DNA of 64,000 nt from positions 4,216,001 through 4,280,000 of the forward strand of contig CM035361.1 of assembly GCA_020137815.1 (NCBI GenBank), in the 5' to 3' direction. This document shows positions 1 to 13,790 of the stretch, piece after piece. Positions within the stretch are counted from its first letter, which is position 1, and each line of letters begins with the position of its first letter. Made by a program: the position numbers and the translations under genes. The notes below the pieces were generated by a model. That model was not told the DNA's origin, did not search any database, and was given only the letters and a program-made list of their open reading frames with translations. Origin of the DNA: Hormiphora californensis (lineage: Eukaryota; Animalia; Ctenophora).

Positions 1-289
1 TCTCTCTCTCCATCTCTATCTCACGTTCCCCCTCCCTCCCTCCCTCCCTCTCCATCTCTACACACCCACCACCTGCTGCCTCATTGCACTAGTACATGGC
101 ATCTGCTGCTCTCTAATTCTGTATACACCTCCCTGGATCAATCCCCTCTCGTACGTCCCTCTATTATAAACGTTTTCCTGTCCTTCTAGCTCCAGCGAGA
201 TCTCTCTTTCTCTACCTTCCTCTCTCACACTCTCTCTCTATGTCTCTCGCAGCTCGCTCTCTTTATCCCACTCAGCTCTCCTTTCAGTG

Positions 290-1275
290 GTCCTTTTAGT
301 GGTGCACCCTGCATCAGATCCCTTTATGAGAGATTCCCAGATCGTTAGCTCTGGTTTTTAAAGCCCTCGAGCTTTATCCTCGAATCTGTGTGGTTAATTT
401 GCTTTTTTTCGTAGTTAGTTATTAAATTAGTTCGTTAATAATAATTTTTTAGTTATTGGTCTAAATGTCCCTTACCACTGCCGTGGAAATTATAACCATC
501 CAACCCTAAGATCTTCCCTTTCCCTTCTCACCCTCTCTCTGATCTCTATCTCTGATCTCTATCTCACTCTGTTTCTGATCACTCTGGGGTTGGATGGTTT
601 CGGTGGGTGGTAGTACATGGTGGGTCCGTTGCCCATGGTTACCGATTCTCTGTTTCCATGGACACACCCTGGGACGGTAACTGAAGGGACCCACACTCCC
701 CATCTCTCCAACTTTTGTCCCGAATGGCTAAGCCCAAAGCTGTCCGGTTCATCACATGTGGGTCCCTTCAGGCCAAATCATGTACAGGGTCCTCTGGGTA
801 AATTTTGGACAGGGGGCGTTTGTTTGGTTTATTATGCAGTATTATTTTGGGCAGGGAGGGCAACCATTTTTATAATAATATGTTTCAGAGCTTGAAGTGC
901 AGAACATCAACTTTGGAGCTCAACCTTTGGACACTAACAAAATGAAGTGCGAGTTAAATGAACCCAGCCAATGGAATTCATTGGTAAGTTTGATAAAGGA
1001 GCACTTTTTGGAAAAAAAGCTCTAAGGTCTGATAATTTCAATCACTAACAAGAAGACATAAATTTGATTGTTATTCTTTTTTAATAATTTTTCCCCCCAA
1101 AAAAAAAATCACTAACAAAAACATCTCGGATAAGAAGTTTTCAATTTAAAACAAATATAGCTAAAGATCTTCTTGTTTTTTTTCAGGGAGTTACCATGAC
1201 AATAACTTGGATGGCCGGATCAGATGAATACTACACCTACACCAGACGGAAACTAAAGCCGCTCTGACGTGTACT
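290..1275 (+). pseudogene. Truncated tandem duplicate of the region containing the first two visible adhesion-GPCR exons
   Basis: ~459-1275 closely matches ~1595-2372. The exon copy at 889-982 (ELEVQNINFGAQPLDTNKMKCELNEPSQWNSL|GT) parallels 2008-2108. The second exon copy (~1187-1275) is frameshifted and breaks off. Confidence 0.7.
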
Positions 1276-2007
1276 CGGCTCTACACTCTATACTTTTCTC
1301 TCTCTCTATATCGCTCTTGATCCACTAACTAACTAAGCTATCCTTTCCTCTCTCATTATTATAGTGGTGATGCCCCCACTACGACCCCCATCAGATTCCG
1401 ATTTGTGAGAGTTTCCCAGCTGTCATTAGCTCTGGTTTTCAAAGCCCTCGAATTTTATCCTCTGTGTGGCTAATTAGCCCTTTTTCATAGTTAGTTACTG
1501 AATTAGTTTTTTAGTTTTTTAGGTCTAAATTTTTCAAGTTTTTTAGATCTAAATTTTTTTAAACTGTTTTAGGTCTAAATCTTTTTTATTTTTTGGTCTA
1601 AATGTCCCTTACCACTGCCGTGTAAATCATAACCATCCAACCCTAAAAGATCTTCCCTTTACCTTCTCACCCTCTCTCTGATCTCTATCTCACTCTGTTT
1701 CTGATCACTCTGGGGTTGGATGGTTTCGGTGGGTGGTAGTACATGGTGGGTCCGTTGCCCATGGTTACCGATTCTGTGTTTCCATGGACACACCCTGGGA
1801 CGGTAACTGAAGGGACCCACACTCCCCATCTCTCCTACTTTTGTCCCGAATGGCTAAGCCCAAAGCTGTCCGGTTCATCACATGTGGGTCCCTTCAGGCT
1901 AAATCATGTACAGGGTCCTCTGGGTAAATTTTGGACGGGGGGCGTCTGTTTGGTTGATTATGCAGTATTATTTTGGGCAGGGAGGGCAACCATTTTTTAT
2001 ATTTCAG

Positions 2008-5000
2008 AGCTTGACGTCCAGAACATCAACTTTATTAATGGAGCACAACCTGCGACCGATAACAAAATGAAGTGCGAGTTAAATGAACCCACCCAATGGG
2101 ATTCATTGGTAAGTTTGATAAAGGAGCGCTTTTTGAAAAGTTCTAATAATCACATCTCGGATGAGAAAATTTCATTGGCACTGTGTCAACCTCAAACAAA
2201 TATTTTGGGTGACAAGTCCCATGTTCACAGTAAACAGTTGTAGTACATGTTAATATAGCTAAAGATCCTCTTGTTTTTCTCAGGGAGTTACCATGACAAT
2301 AACTCGGATGGCCGGATCAGATGAATATTACACTTGCACCAAGGAGGCAACTGAAGCCGCTCTGACGTGTACCCCTAGTGTTATTTCACCCAGTACCCCT
2401 TGGTCTTGGTCAGTCGAAAAGGGTGAAGGTGTCACTGTGGATATCACGTATACTGGTACCACTGCCGAGAAATGGATCTGTGAAGTTACGGTTGACGACG
2501 TTACTGATACGAAATATGTGTACGCAGATGCCATAGGTAAATTGTAGGAAATGTCAGGCTTATGATTCTGTCTAGTAAACTAGTTATTATCAACCTTTTT
2601 TAAAAATAAATTATCAAAAAAATAGTAATTTAGTTATTATCAAGCATTTGTATTTATTTATTATTTATCATTTTCTTCAGATATCGTTACGACGATTGAG
2701 GGAAGTAGCGCTGGCGAACAATATTTGATTAAGGAAACTGGAACATTGATCACTGTAAGAACAAAACATCTCGTTTTCTATTTGTAGTAGCATTTAAAAT
2801 GTATGCGAAAACTTTAATTAATCAATTAATTATCAAACCATCTAATTAATCACACATCAGGTAAAAGTGTCTATTTACAACGACAACACCATTCCCCGTA
2901 TTTCCGGGGTCAACTACGCTGTTGATCTAGTTGGAATTGATACTAAATTTGCTGCCCCCTCTATAACGCCAACCCCGTTTCCGGCAAATTCCGACGAATG
3001 CACCATCACTTACACTGTTACCGCTGATGTAAGTTTCCTGGAGTTTCGATCTAGTTTTAATAGTGAACATACGGTAGAATATTTCATCATTTAAGTTTCC
3101 TGGAGTTTCGATCTAGTTTTAATAGTGAACATACGGTAGAATATTTTATCATTTGTAACAAACGAGTTTGACAACTAACTAGTTAATTTTTTAGAGTATC
3201 AATCAAGAGTTTAACATAACTGGCGTAACAATAAAAAGTAAAGATACCAACGATGTATTTTCCATTGTTTATCTGGAAAAGACAGGACCTACGGCTACAG
3301 TTTCCGCTTTAGTTTACGGTAAGAATTTTGAGTATGTATCTTAAAAACTAACTGTATATTAAAAACTAACTGTATATAACATTTTAAAGTTTCCCTTGGA
3401 TTTTAATAAAAATTCAACTAATATTTTACTACACCCACAGAAAAATGTACCGAGGGATATTACTATGATGATGATACCAACAGTTGTAAGACTTGTGAAT
3501 ACGGTAAGTAGAAATGATATAGTTTTGAATTTGAGACTTTTGTTGAACCACCCAATTTAACAATACCCGACAGTAACAAAATATATATGTCACTGAAAGA
3601 TACATACTCTTAACGGTTAATTTAAACTCAATAATTACAGGAGTTAGAGGAACTAATGACGATCAAATGCATGGTTGCGTGAAGTGTCAATACTCTGATG
3701 CAACTAATACTGCTCAAAAACCATGTCCTAACGTTGATAAAACCGGTTGTGACGTTAGACAAGCAGGACAGGTATAAAAATATTTCAATAAATTACATAG
3801 TTAAAACTAATATTCTCTAATATTCTCTAAGATTGTTTACTAATAATGTATCGCTTGTAAATTAAAAAATCTTTCAGTTTGTTGTTGGTGGCTGGAGTTG
3901 TCCCTATTGCCCACTTGGTTCTAAAGTTGGGGGTGATAAGACAAGCTGTGAGGCATGTGACAAAAACAATTACAGGGGTAAGTTAACGATCTCAAATAGA
4001 ATGCTACCTGTTAGTATTCCTTTTGCTAGTGAGTCCTCGCATCTCCTGCATTCACCAACACTAGCAGTTGTTATACATTGAATCTTGAATTTTTTAGTTT
4101 TTCTAATTTAGCTAAAAATTGTTTACAGATACAAATGAAACTGACGTGTGTACCGTTTGCAATGGCACTGAAAAACGTTATGCACCAGCAACAGGATCGA
4201 CGTCTTGTTTAGTTTGCAATGGGTAAGAAACTATAAATATAATCAATAACTAATTTGTTTTTAAATTTCATAAAAATAAGCCGCCTCAATTAAACCAAAT
4301 ATCAACTTGTTTCAGGAAACTTGACATAACAGGTGATAAATATACATGTAGCCCTTGTGAATCTGGCACTGGACTCGATATTGCTGGAGATTGTAAAAAT
4401 TGTACGGAGGGACAATATTCAAATGGGGGAATCTGCGTTAAATGTCCAGTAGGACAATATCAAGATGGTAAGAATATGCTTATAAAACAGCTTTTTTTCT
4501 CGTTTGAAATTAACTGTAGGATGTTGAATACTGCTGTCGAATATAATAGATCCTAGCCCCATATGCCATAGTTATCAACTGGATAAGGGGATCATTATAG
4601 TGTTTTATAATCCCGGCTTACAATAATTCAATATTTCAGCAACAAAACAGAGTGAATGTAAAAAGTGCGAAATTGGTAAATACCAGGCCGGAGAAGGAGC
4701 AACAACGTGTGTTAAATGTGTAGCTTCAGAAGGTACAATTAATAGATAGGTACTAGATAGCTATTAATATATTACTATTATAGCTATCTAGTATATTTTA
4801 TATATACATATATATATATATCTGAAGACAAGAAACACAGAGTCAAGTTACTGATTCAGTACCATTATATTTGGTAACTAGAAATGTCGCACACATGTAA
4901 TGATATGAGATTATCATGCGTTTTTTCCGGCGCAATGCATGATTTATTGACTATGCTCTATCGTTTACTATTTGTATTACTATTTGCTAACTATAATTAT

Positions 5001-8000
5001 TAATATTTACAGGGAATTATCAGGATACGGTTGGTCAAGATTCTTGTAAACAAGTCGCTGACGGACACAAGATAACAATAAATGAAACTATGGGTGATAC
5101 TATGGGTATTGATACCGAGGCATGCCCTATCGGAACGGCACGCTCTAAAACCACTTCCGGTCAATCATATACTGAGTGTGGTCCGTGTAAAGCTAGCGAT
5201 AAGAAATATAGTGATGCAGTCGGTACGCCTGTTTGTCTTCAACTTAGTGAGGGGCACGAGCTGAAAACTTCGGATGCTGTTGTTGCCTCTGTAACGGGTT
5301 AGTTGAAAAATAGAGTACAATATTAATAACTAATTAGCTAACTAATTCCAACTCACTATAATTAATTAGGTTATCGAATTAGTTTAAAATATTAACATGA
5401 TACTACCCTCCCCCCGTTACAGTTGGTACTGGCGTTACTGAGTGTCCCGCTGGTACTTATAACGACGGCACAGAAGAGACGTGTCAGTTGTGTGAAGCGT
5501 CCGAAGGGAAATACCAACCGGACAGTGGCAAGGAGGAATGTAAAGAAGTTGATGGTGGTAGTTATGTTGTATCACCGGCCGATCAAACACAAGGTAAGAA
5601 GAACCCCTGTTGTCCAGAAACAGTAGATGAAAATAATCTTACTATAATTGATAAACTATAGTACTAAGCACATACTAATCATCCCACAATATTTGCTTAA
5701 CCATGTTTTACTTATAAATATCTCTCCATAGGTGCAACTGAGATAAAGAAATGCGCAGTAGGGACGTATCGTGGTTCCGACGACATGCCCAAGAACCAGT
5801 GTATACCCTGCCCAGCTAAAAAATACAGCGACGAAGAGGGATTATCAAGTTGTAAAACACCAGATGCTGGTTATTTTGCAATTAACCGTAAGTAAACTAT
5901 TTTCATTCATGGGTTGTTATAATATTTATGTTTATATGGAAACATACGCCTTTCATTGTATATGCAATCCCATAAATGGGAAGCCTTTCATGGTCATTGA
6001 CCTTGTTAGGGGCTAACGGTTGACCATTGTTCAACCGTTATTTAGCCCCTAACAAGGCTACAAATATAGCACTGACCACTCTCACCAACTAAATATTGAA
6101 TGCACTGACTTTTGATTCATCCACAATATATATCTAACTCAGTTACTAAAGGTGTAAATTCCTCCAGAAACCGCCCAAGAGGAGTGTCCAGCAGGAGAAA
6201 AAGAGGTTGACAACGAGTGCCAGAAGTGTGTCTCTGGAAACGGAGAGTACCAGACTGAACCAGGGATGGTTTATTGCGATGTCGCCAAACCGGGAACACA
6301 AGTCATCGACAGTGTAACAGGTAAAAGACAGTTGGATTATATCCCGAATATCTTGGATAACTAGGCAAGGATAATAAACTCCGTATATTATATAAGTGGT
6401 CGACTCTGATTCTACTCTGATTCGACTCTGATTCGACTATCAACTTAATTTAAGTGCATATACCTCCAGGCACATCATGCGTTCATTTTATCATCTCTAA
6501 TTTGAGTTTTTCAGAACCGACTCCCTGCGAAAAAGGCACCGCCTCCTCCCAATACAAGTGTGAGCCGTGTGAGGCGGAGAAAGGGTATTACCAACCATCT
6601 AGGCGGCAAAGTTTCTGTCTTACCGTGAAACCTGGCTTTGAGTTGGAGAAGGATGACAATGGAGATTATTGTAAGTTATAATAATAATAATAATAACAGC
6701 ATTTGTATACACGCTCATACCATATAGGTTACTAGAGTATAAAACTAGTTATCTACACGGCGATCAGAGCGGTTCACCTTTGCCAAAATAACTAAAGTCT
6801 AAATAGCAAAAATAATGTTTTAAATCCAATTTAAATGTCCGGTGCTCTGATGCCCAAAAGTCCAGTCACAACACCTTGCCGAATTCATTAACACAAACAT
6901 ACAAGACAGTTCAACACGCTCACGTTCACGCCCTCACACCACCACCTCCACAATCTTGCCTCCTCGAATTCCAAAAGTCTTGCCTGGTGCCGCCGCCTTC
7001 CTCTCCTTTAGCTCAGCCACCAACTTCCTCCTCTCCTCTCTCTCCTCAGGGGACCGGTCTGGGGAGATGTACAGATCTTTGTACCTATCAGACTTCTTCA
7101 ACCCACTCTTGCAGGACAGGATAATATCTCGAAACTCACGACCAGACAGGCGCAGTTTAACAGGTCGGTCAGTACCCTCCTTGTACCTCCCGAGCCGCGT
7201 CATGCTCCAAACACCAGTGACACATTCACCCATGTAGTCGAAAACTCCACAAACTGAATGTTCCAGATCTTTACTAGTTTCACTGGGATCGTCAAATAGT
7301 CCATGGATAATAACGTTGCTAGTTCTGTCCTCTGTAGCACTCGTAATAGCTGTACGAATTTGCTGAGGAGCTAGGGCACTGTCACAACTCTTTTTCAGTA
7401 CCGAGGAAAAAGTCTTTATCTCCTCCTCTGCTGTAGACTGTACTGCAGAGATCTCTTTATCGCGCTTCTCCAACAACTCACACTGCAATTTAACCAGCTG
7501 TCCCTGGGCCTCAACCAATGCTCGCTGTGAAGCAAGTAACTCCTCCTGACTGTCCAATACCTTCCTCTCACTGTCTTCCACTTCGTTACTCAAGCGGTCT
7601 AGCACAGGGTAACACCTCTCAACAAGCAAACGGCACACCTTTTCCGTGAAATCATCAAGATCTGGCTTCTTAATTCCCTTGATTTTACTCTTACTCGGAC
7701 ACTTCAACGTATCCCACACACTACGGCTCACAGAGAAACTCTTGGGGAAGGAATCCTTCATTCCAGCCTGACTGAACAAGTCCCGTACCAGGTCAAAGAT
7801 CTCACCCTGCACTTCACCATATACACTCCTCCGTACCCTTTCATCACTGTACACTCTCAGTCGGTCCTTGAAGCTGCAAGTAGAAGCAGTACTCGACCCC
7901 ATGGCAGTTGAGCGCACAGAGAGAGATTGGCTTCTCACAATAGGAGAGATACTCTAGCAATACAAAGATAAGAGACAGATCAAACTGTGACAAAATGTGA

Positions 8001-11000
8001 TGTGAGAACTGTGAATATAATAGATGGGGGAATAGTTTACATGGTTATTTCAATAACTAGAACTACTCTGATCGCACAATTTGATATATGTACTTTTTCT
8101 ATTCATCTCCTTTATGATACATTTATTGGTACTTCATTTTTGTCTCAATTTTAGCTAATTTTCATTTCAGTGGTTAACCGAGATCCTGTCAAGTGTAAGG
8201 TGGGCTACTACTCCCTCGGATCGGCACCCGAGTGCAGCAAGTGTGACCCTTCGAAGAAGGAATATCAGAATGAAAATGGTGCTGCGTACTGTAAGATATG
8301 CGCCAGGGGTGAGGTCAACACGGAGGGGACGGTTTGTGAAGGTTAGTTAATAGTAATTTAAATTTCTTAATAAGACATTCAGTTGATCACTGATGGTCAA
8401 ATTAATTTGGATGGAGATCGACTTGGTTTATACTAATAACTTCATTTAACCTCCTTTCAAAACTATATATCAATTATCATCGAAACTTTTACCCAGGAAA
8501 GACTTGTAAAGGCGATATTCAAACTTTCAAAGCGATAGATGCTGAACATCCCAACTTTAATTTCACCGAAACTTCAATCGACGAGACCATCTGGATAACA
8601 TGCAACAAGAGTGATACTGCTAGTCAAGTGAGTAGTTGCCATGGGCGTGAACCCTCGATTTGAGTAGTTGCCATGGGCGTAAACCTTTAACTAAAAGTGT
8701 CACCTACCATGTCTTTAACATCCTACCTCCATCTAGGATAAAATCACCAGGACTTGCTACTTGGATGAAGCAACTAACGAAGCAAGGTGGGGAGAACCGA
8801 ATATCATAGCATGCCCTACCGCCAACACTAAGACTCTCCTTGAAATGCAATCCGCTACCAACGAAGTCCTCGTGGTAAGTACAATTAGTAATTAGTATGG
8901 ATCGTATTGATTAAAAATTGACAAAGAGATTCCTGCATCCCCGACTTTATAAAAAACCCCAGACACTATGCAGTTTGTCTAATATCCGATAACAATCATT
9001 CCAGGCTACGGGTGAGCAACTAACAAAAGGAGTGGAAACAATCAATTCCAACATCGACAAACTTCTCGCCGGATCTCCGGACGAGGATGAAGGAGACAGC
9101 AACTCTACTGATACTAACACTGACGAAGAGGAAAGCAACTCGTTCACTGCTCGTGATGTCAGCGATGTAGCGGGCACTCTCTCCAGTTTGTCGGCCGTTT
9201 TTGAGAGGGATATGGGTGATAATGAGCAGGCCATCAACCAAACTAAAATATTGGTAAGTTTAATATTGCCAGACTAATTCCAAGTTCGCCTCATTTTTTC
9301 CCTTATCTTGATTAGATGCTATTTTGATTAGATGATATATTTTATTCAAAGTAGCTAATCCAATGTATTTTTCAGAAACAAAAAGTAGCCGACACTGTAA
9401 CAAAGATAGCCGGATCGAGTAGTGCTCAGCTGAGTTTCGTGGACACGGAGCAAAAGAAGCAGATTCTTCAGTCTGTGGAGGCGCTTGCCGGCTCTCTAAA
9501 AAATGACGAAGATGGAATTGTGTCGGAGAAACTAGCGGTTAAAAGCCTGGCAACCAACTCAACTGATGAAGAATCTCTTTCGTTACCAGTTCCCAAGGAG
9601 ATGAGCTCAGATTCTGCTCCCACTGTAAGTAAAAAGTATAACTATAAATTGTTGAAATCTTAATTTTCCTAATCAAACTATAACAACCTCCTGAATATCA
9701 GCTAACCAATTAAATTATTCAATTATCTCCTAATTATCATAAAACTAATAAACTATCCCCTAATTCAGTTGAAGCTCAGTGCGGGAATGGAGGCGAGCGG
9801 TGCGAGTGTGGCTGTCTTCTCCGCCGAGTCAAAGAACATGTTCCCGGATCCGACCTCTGCAATTGATGATGATGACGCTGGTGAGGATGAGAATGACGAG
9901 GATATTGTCAAAGATGAGACTACAGGAAAGGTAAATTTGTGATGAATTAATTAATTAGCATTTGATTTATAAATTTGAAATTATTTGTAGCCGTTTTGTC
10001 GAACTTTAAAAATCAACATCTCAGGCAAGCAGCAAACATGTTCTCCCTGCTTACCCAATTAAATTGTGAATTGATATATTAAATGTGAACCCTTCATCAT
10101 CAGGCAAATGTAAACAGAACACTCAACTCGTGTATCGTATCCCTGAAATTCAAGAACGCAACAAAAACAAGCTTTTCCTTGGAACTTCAGAGCAACACTA
10201 CTGAAACTGATGAAACAAAGTAAGTTAACAAATACATCGACTGTTAATTAATGAATCATATTTTTCAGACCCTTTCATATTCATATTTTCCACCCAAGGA
10301 GATAAAATTATCATTTCTATGTATTTCTATGATATCGTACATAATGATTTACTTGTTTCAGGGGTAAAAAACTCTCCCGAAAGTGTGCATTCTTCAACGA
10401 AACAACCTCTAAATGGAGCAGCAAGGGATGCGTCACCAAGGAGAACGCGGAAACTGGGAAGATAGAATGTACTTGTGACCATACTACCAGCTTTGCAGTT
10501 TTACTGGTGAGTGCACATGATTTGATTTCACTTAGTTCCAGTATATCTTGTCCATCATTTCAATAAGTTGAATTGAATTACAATGGAATCATTTAATTAA
10601 GAATTAAAATCACTAACTCAGATGTCTCCTACAGAGTATCTCGGAAATAAAAGATAAAACTCAGGAGAAAGTTTCCCTCGCCATGGCAATAATCAACATA
10701 ACCTTCCTGGTTCTAACCTTCCTTGCCATCACTCCATTCAAGAAGCTGAGACAGAAGCAGCTGGTCGCCTTGCAAAACCAACTGGTCGCCAGTTTGATCT
10801 TAGGAAATGTCGCCTTCCAAATTCTTTCCCCGGTTACAGTGGACTTAGATGAATTCAGCGTAAGTTTTATACAGTAGCTAGTGATCAAGCTTTAGCTACA
10901 AATCACCAAGTTTCCCCCCGGAATTAAAGTATTCATCTCCCATTAATCTCCTTAATATAATCATAGTCCTAACCCCTCTCATCTCCCTTGCAGCTCCCTT

Positions 11001-13147
11001 CATTCAGCAAGAACAAAGGTTGCCATATTGGTGTCATCTTGGTACAGTATCTGTTCCTGGCATCCATTGCGTGGATGACGTGCTGCACTTACACCCTGTA
11101 CCAAAAAGTAAGTGCAGCTTAATCATAGGCGAACCTATACCCTGTACCAAAAAGTAAAAACAAACTTAAGCCCATGAAAACCTTATCCAAACTAACCAAT
11201 CTCTCCCAAACTAATAAACTTAATTTCCAATAGATTTGTGAGGCCTTGAAAAGTTTCGGAAAGGTTGATAAGTACTACGTTATTAAGTGTGCTGTTGGGT
11301 GTTGGGTACTACCCATTCTCCTACCTGTGTCGTCATTCATCACCTCGCTAAGTGTTGAGAACATCCCTTACCTTCGTAAGTTACTTTTACTTGACATTAA
11401 CTTACTTACGGAATTCTAATTTTAACTTGATCTTAATTTGATCTTAACGTGATCTTAACTTGATAATATCCTGATGTTACAGCTTTAGGTTAACTTGATA
11501 TACTCTAAATAATATTTTCCTGGACATTATTTAACTAATTATTTAACTAATTACAGCGACCAAGGACAAGACTAATTGCTGGGTGGCAGACCCGTGGAAA
11601 TGGGTCGGTTTCATGATCCCCTGTTACATTTGCTTGCTTGTCAACTTCGCGGTGTTTGTCATGATCATGAGAGTAATGATTCGGTCAGCCAAGCAAGGAT
11701 CCGGTAGCATGAATCTACAGGTAATTATAAGGACTAATTAGGGTATAATTAAGAGTTAATTAAGAGCTAATTACTATTTAAAATTAAAAAATTCCATCAT
11801 CTATCCTATATAAAAGCACCCTGACCTATTAATTCCCCTCCAGAAACAAGCCAAGGGAGCAATAACGATTGCCGTCACAGTCGGACTACCCTGGCTCTCC
11901 TTCCTCTTGACCTCACCTCCCTGGGCCATTGTCGGGCAGTACCTCTTTATCATCCTCACTGGACTCCAAGGACCAGTTATGTTTGTGGTTTATGTGATTC
12001 TGCAGGAGGAGGTGCTTACGTGTCTTTTGTCACCACTTGGAATTGAGGTAGGTTGGCAAACGCTGCAGGCCCCTCTCTATCAACTGTATCATATGACGAA
12101 CAGCTGCAGCAGTAGAGGTGTAACATATTATTGTAGTCGTCTACCAAGATCATCCTCTGCAGGTACCAGAAGCTCTCCGAGGACCGACAACATCCAAATC
12201 AGCTGCCTCTAAATCTCGAATGTCCGTTGTTTCAACCTCTGTAGCTCCAACCAAGAAGGAGGAACCAGCTGCTGCATCCAAGAAACAGGACAATCTCTAC
12301 GCGAATGAGGCGGCCATTAAAGAGGATGTGGAGGTTCCCATTGAGACGGTCCCTCCACCGCCCCCCGAGGAGGAGCATCTATACAGCGAGTGTAGGTTTA
12401 TAAATAGTTAATTAACACAACAGTTAACACACTAATTATAATAGAATAGCTAACACAATAATAAACACAGTGATTAGCATAACAGTTAACACAATAATAA
12501 ACACAATGATTGACTAAAATATATACTGTGTGATTTTAAATGACTGAGACTGCTCTATCTCAAATTGTGTAAAAACTATGGCATCTTTCGACTTCAAATT
12601 TTGGGACACGATAAAACATAATTTCTCATTTATTCTCACAGATTTTCAGAAAATTTTCGTGTTCCTTAATGAACTTATTGCCATAAAACCTCCTCCAACT
12701 TTACACAATCATATCTCTGGAGTCTAATGAGATAGAGAGTTCAGATTTTTAGGAGAGACAGATAAGACGATTTTGAATGTTTTGTCTGCTTTACGAGTTG
12801 ATAACTTTTACCGTCTGTTCACAGGAACTGTTTAAAGTGATGTAACACGCCCTAATTAGGCCAAATTTAGGTCATTTTACCCCTCAACGATCAAATGTCC
12901 AGCTGCTTCTAGTGGGCTAATGAGGCCTCTTACACGAATTCGTCACGTGTTACTGCAAGGATACCGCTCTCCCTTTTCACCTTGACCAAGCAGACATGAT
13001 CATGGTGTCTGGAAGTGGTAACAAGGTGTAGAATACCAGACAGCTGCTGCTCTCTACTTCAATCACTCTCTCGTTATAAGGTCACGTGACTGGAATTGGG
13101 ATCTCGACATCAGACATGATCACAATGTCTACAAAGCAAGAAGAGAA

Positions 13148-13216
<69 letters not shown>

Positions 13217-13790
13217 ACTTCCAGACACCATGATCATGTCTGCTTGGTCAAGGTGAAAAAGGAGAGCGGTATCCTTGCAGTAACACGTGACGAATTCGTG
13301 TAAGAGGCCTCATTAGCCCACTAGAAGCAGCTGGACATGTGATCTTTGAGGGGTAAAATGACCTAAATTTGGCCTAATTAGGGCGTGTTACATCACTTTA
13401 AACAGTTCCTGTGAACAGACGGTAAAAGTTATCAACTCGTAAAGCAGACAAAACATTCAAAATCGTCTTATCTGTCTCTCCTAAAAATCTGAACTCTCTA
13501 TCTCATTAGACTCCAGAGATATGATTGTGTAAAGTTGGAGGAGGTTTTATGGCAATAAGTTCATTAAGGAACACGAAAATTTTCTGAAAATCTGTGAGAA
13601 TAAATGAGAAATTATGTTTTATCGTGTCCCAAAATTTGAAGTCGAAAGATGCCATAGTTTTTACACAATTTGAGATAGAGCAGTCTCAGTCATTTAAAAT
13701 CACACAGTACATACTGATTTGTTATTTCCTGAATTCTAGTTTTATAATTGAACTTTTTTTTCAGCTGGCCAAGCTCCAAGCCTGATGTAA
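2008..13790 (+). CDS. Adhesion GPCR (family B2): Cys-rich GCC2/GCC3-like ectodomain repeats, GAIN/GPS, 7TM; ~30 exons; first (signal) exon not found, last exon uncertain
   Basis: Phase-compatible GT-AG exons, e.g. 2008-2108, 2284-2536, 2681-2754, 2861-3028. Cys-repeat exons at 3441-8342 include CPVGQYQD...CKKCEIGKYQAGEGATTC. The GPS exon 10362-10506 reads CAFFNETTSKWSSKGCVTKENAETGKIECTCDHTTSFAVLL. TM exons lie at 10635-12047 (GCHIGVILVQYLFLASIAWM, CWVADPWKWVGFMIP, GLPWL, TGLQG). The tail exon is 12163-~12391 and a probable last exon starts at 13765. Confidence 0.9.
6677..8022 (-). mobile_element. Non-LTR-retrotransposon-derived element carrying only ORF1, inserted antisense in an aGPCR intron
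   Basis: Intact ORF1, ~240 bp 3' UTR and a (TTA)n tail at 6678-6696. Possible TSD TATAATA at 6677-6683 and 8016-8022. No room for ORF2 before the flanking host exons (end 6670, start 8171). Confidence 0.65.
6934..7902 (-). CDS. LINE ORF1p-like protein (coiled coil + RRM + CTD), 322 aa from ATG 7902
   Basis: Heptad coiled coil, then EDRTSNVIIHGL, RLGRYKEGTDRPVKLRL, LYISPDRSPEEREERRKLVAELK and IRGGKIV, motifs typical of CR1/L2-type ORF1p. Intronless and more GC-rich than the host introns. Confidence 0.85.
   Translation of the reverse strand: MGSSTASTCSFKDRLRVYSDERVRRSVYGEVQGEIFDLVRDLFSQAGMKDSFPKSFSVSRSVWDTLKCPSKSKIKGIKKPDLDDFTEKVCRLLVERCYPVLDRLSNEVEDSERKVLDSQEELLASQRALVEAQGQLVKLQCELLEKRDKEISAVQSTAEEEIKTFSSVLKKSCDSALAPQQIRTAITSATEDRTSNVIIHGLFDDPSETSKDLEHSVCGVFDYMGECVTGVWSMTRLGRYKEGTDRPVKLRLSGREFRDIILSCKSGLKKSDRYKDLYISPDRSPEEREERRKLVAELKERKAAAPGKTFGIRGGKIVEVVV
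12526..13707. mobile_element. Foldback/MITE with ~490-bp TIRs and TA TSD (Tc1/mariner-type)
   Basis: TA|CTGTGTGATTTTAAATG...CATTTAAAATCACACAG|TA. Arms 12526-13017 and 13216-13707 are near-perfect. The spacer contains (GA)n. Confidence 0.9.

Noticed and set aside
617-2007. ORFs starting MVGPLPMVTDS as the aGPCR N-terminus
   Set aside because: No signal peptide, and a good acceptor (TTTCAG) precedes the real exon; likely intronic sequence.
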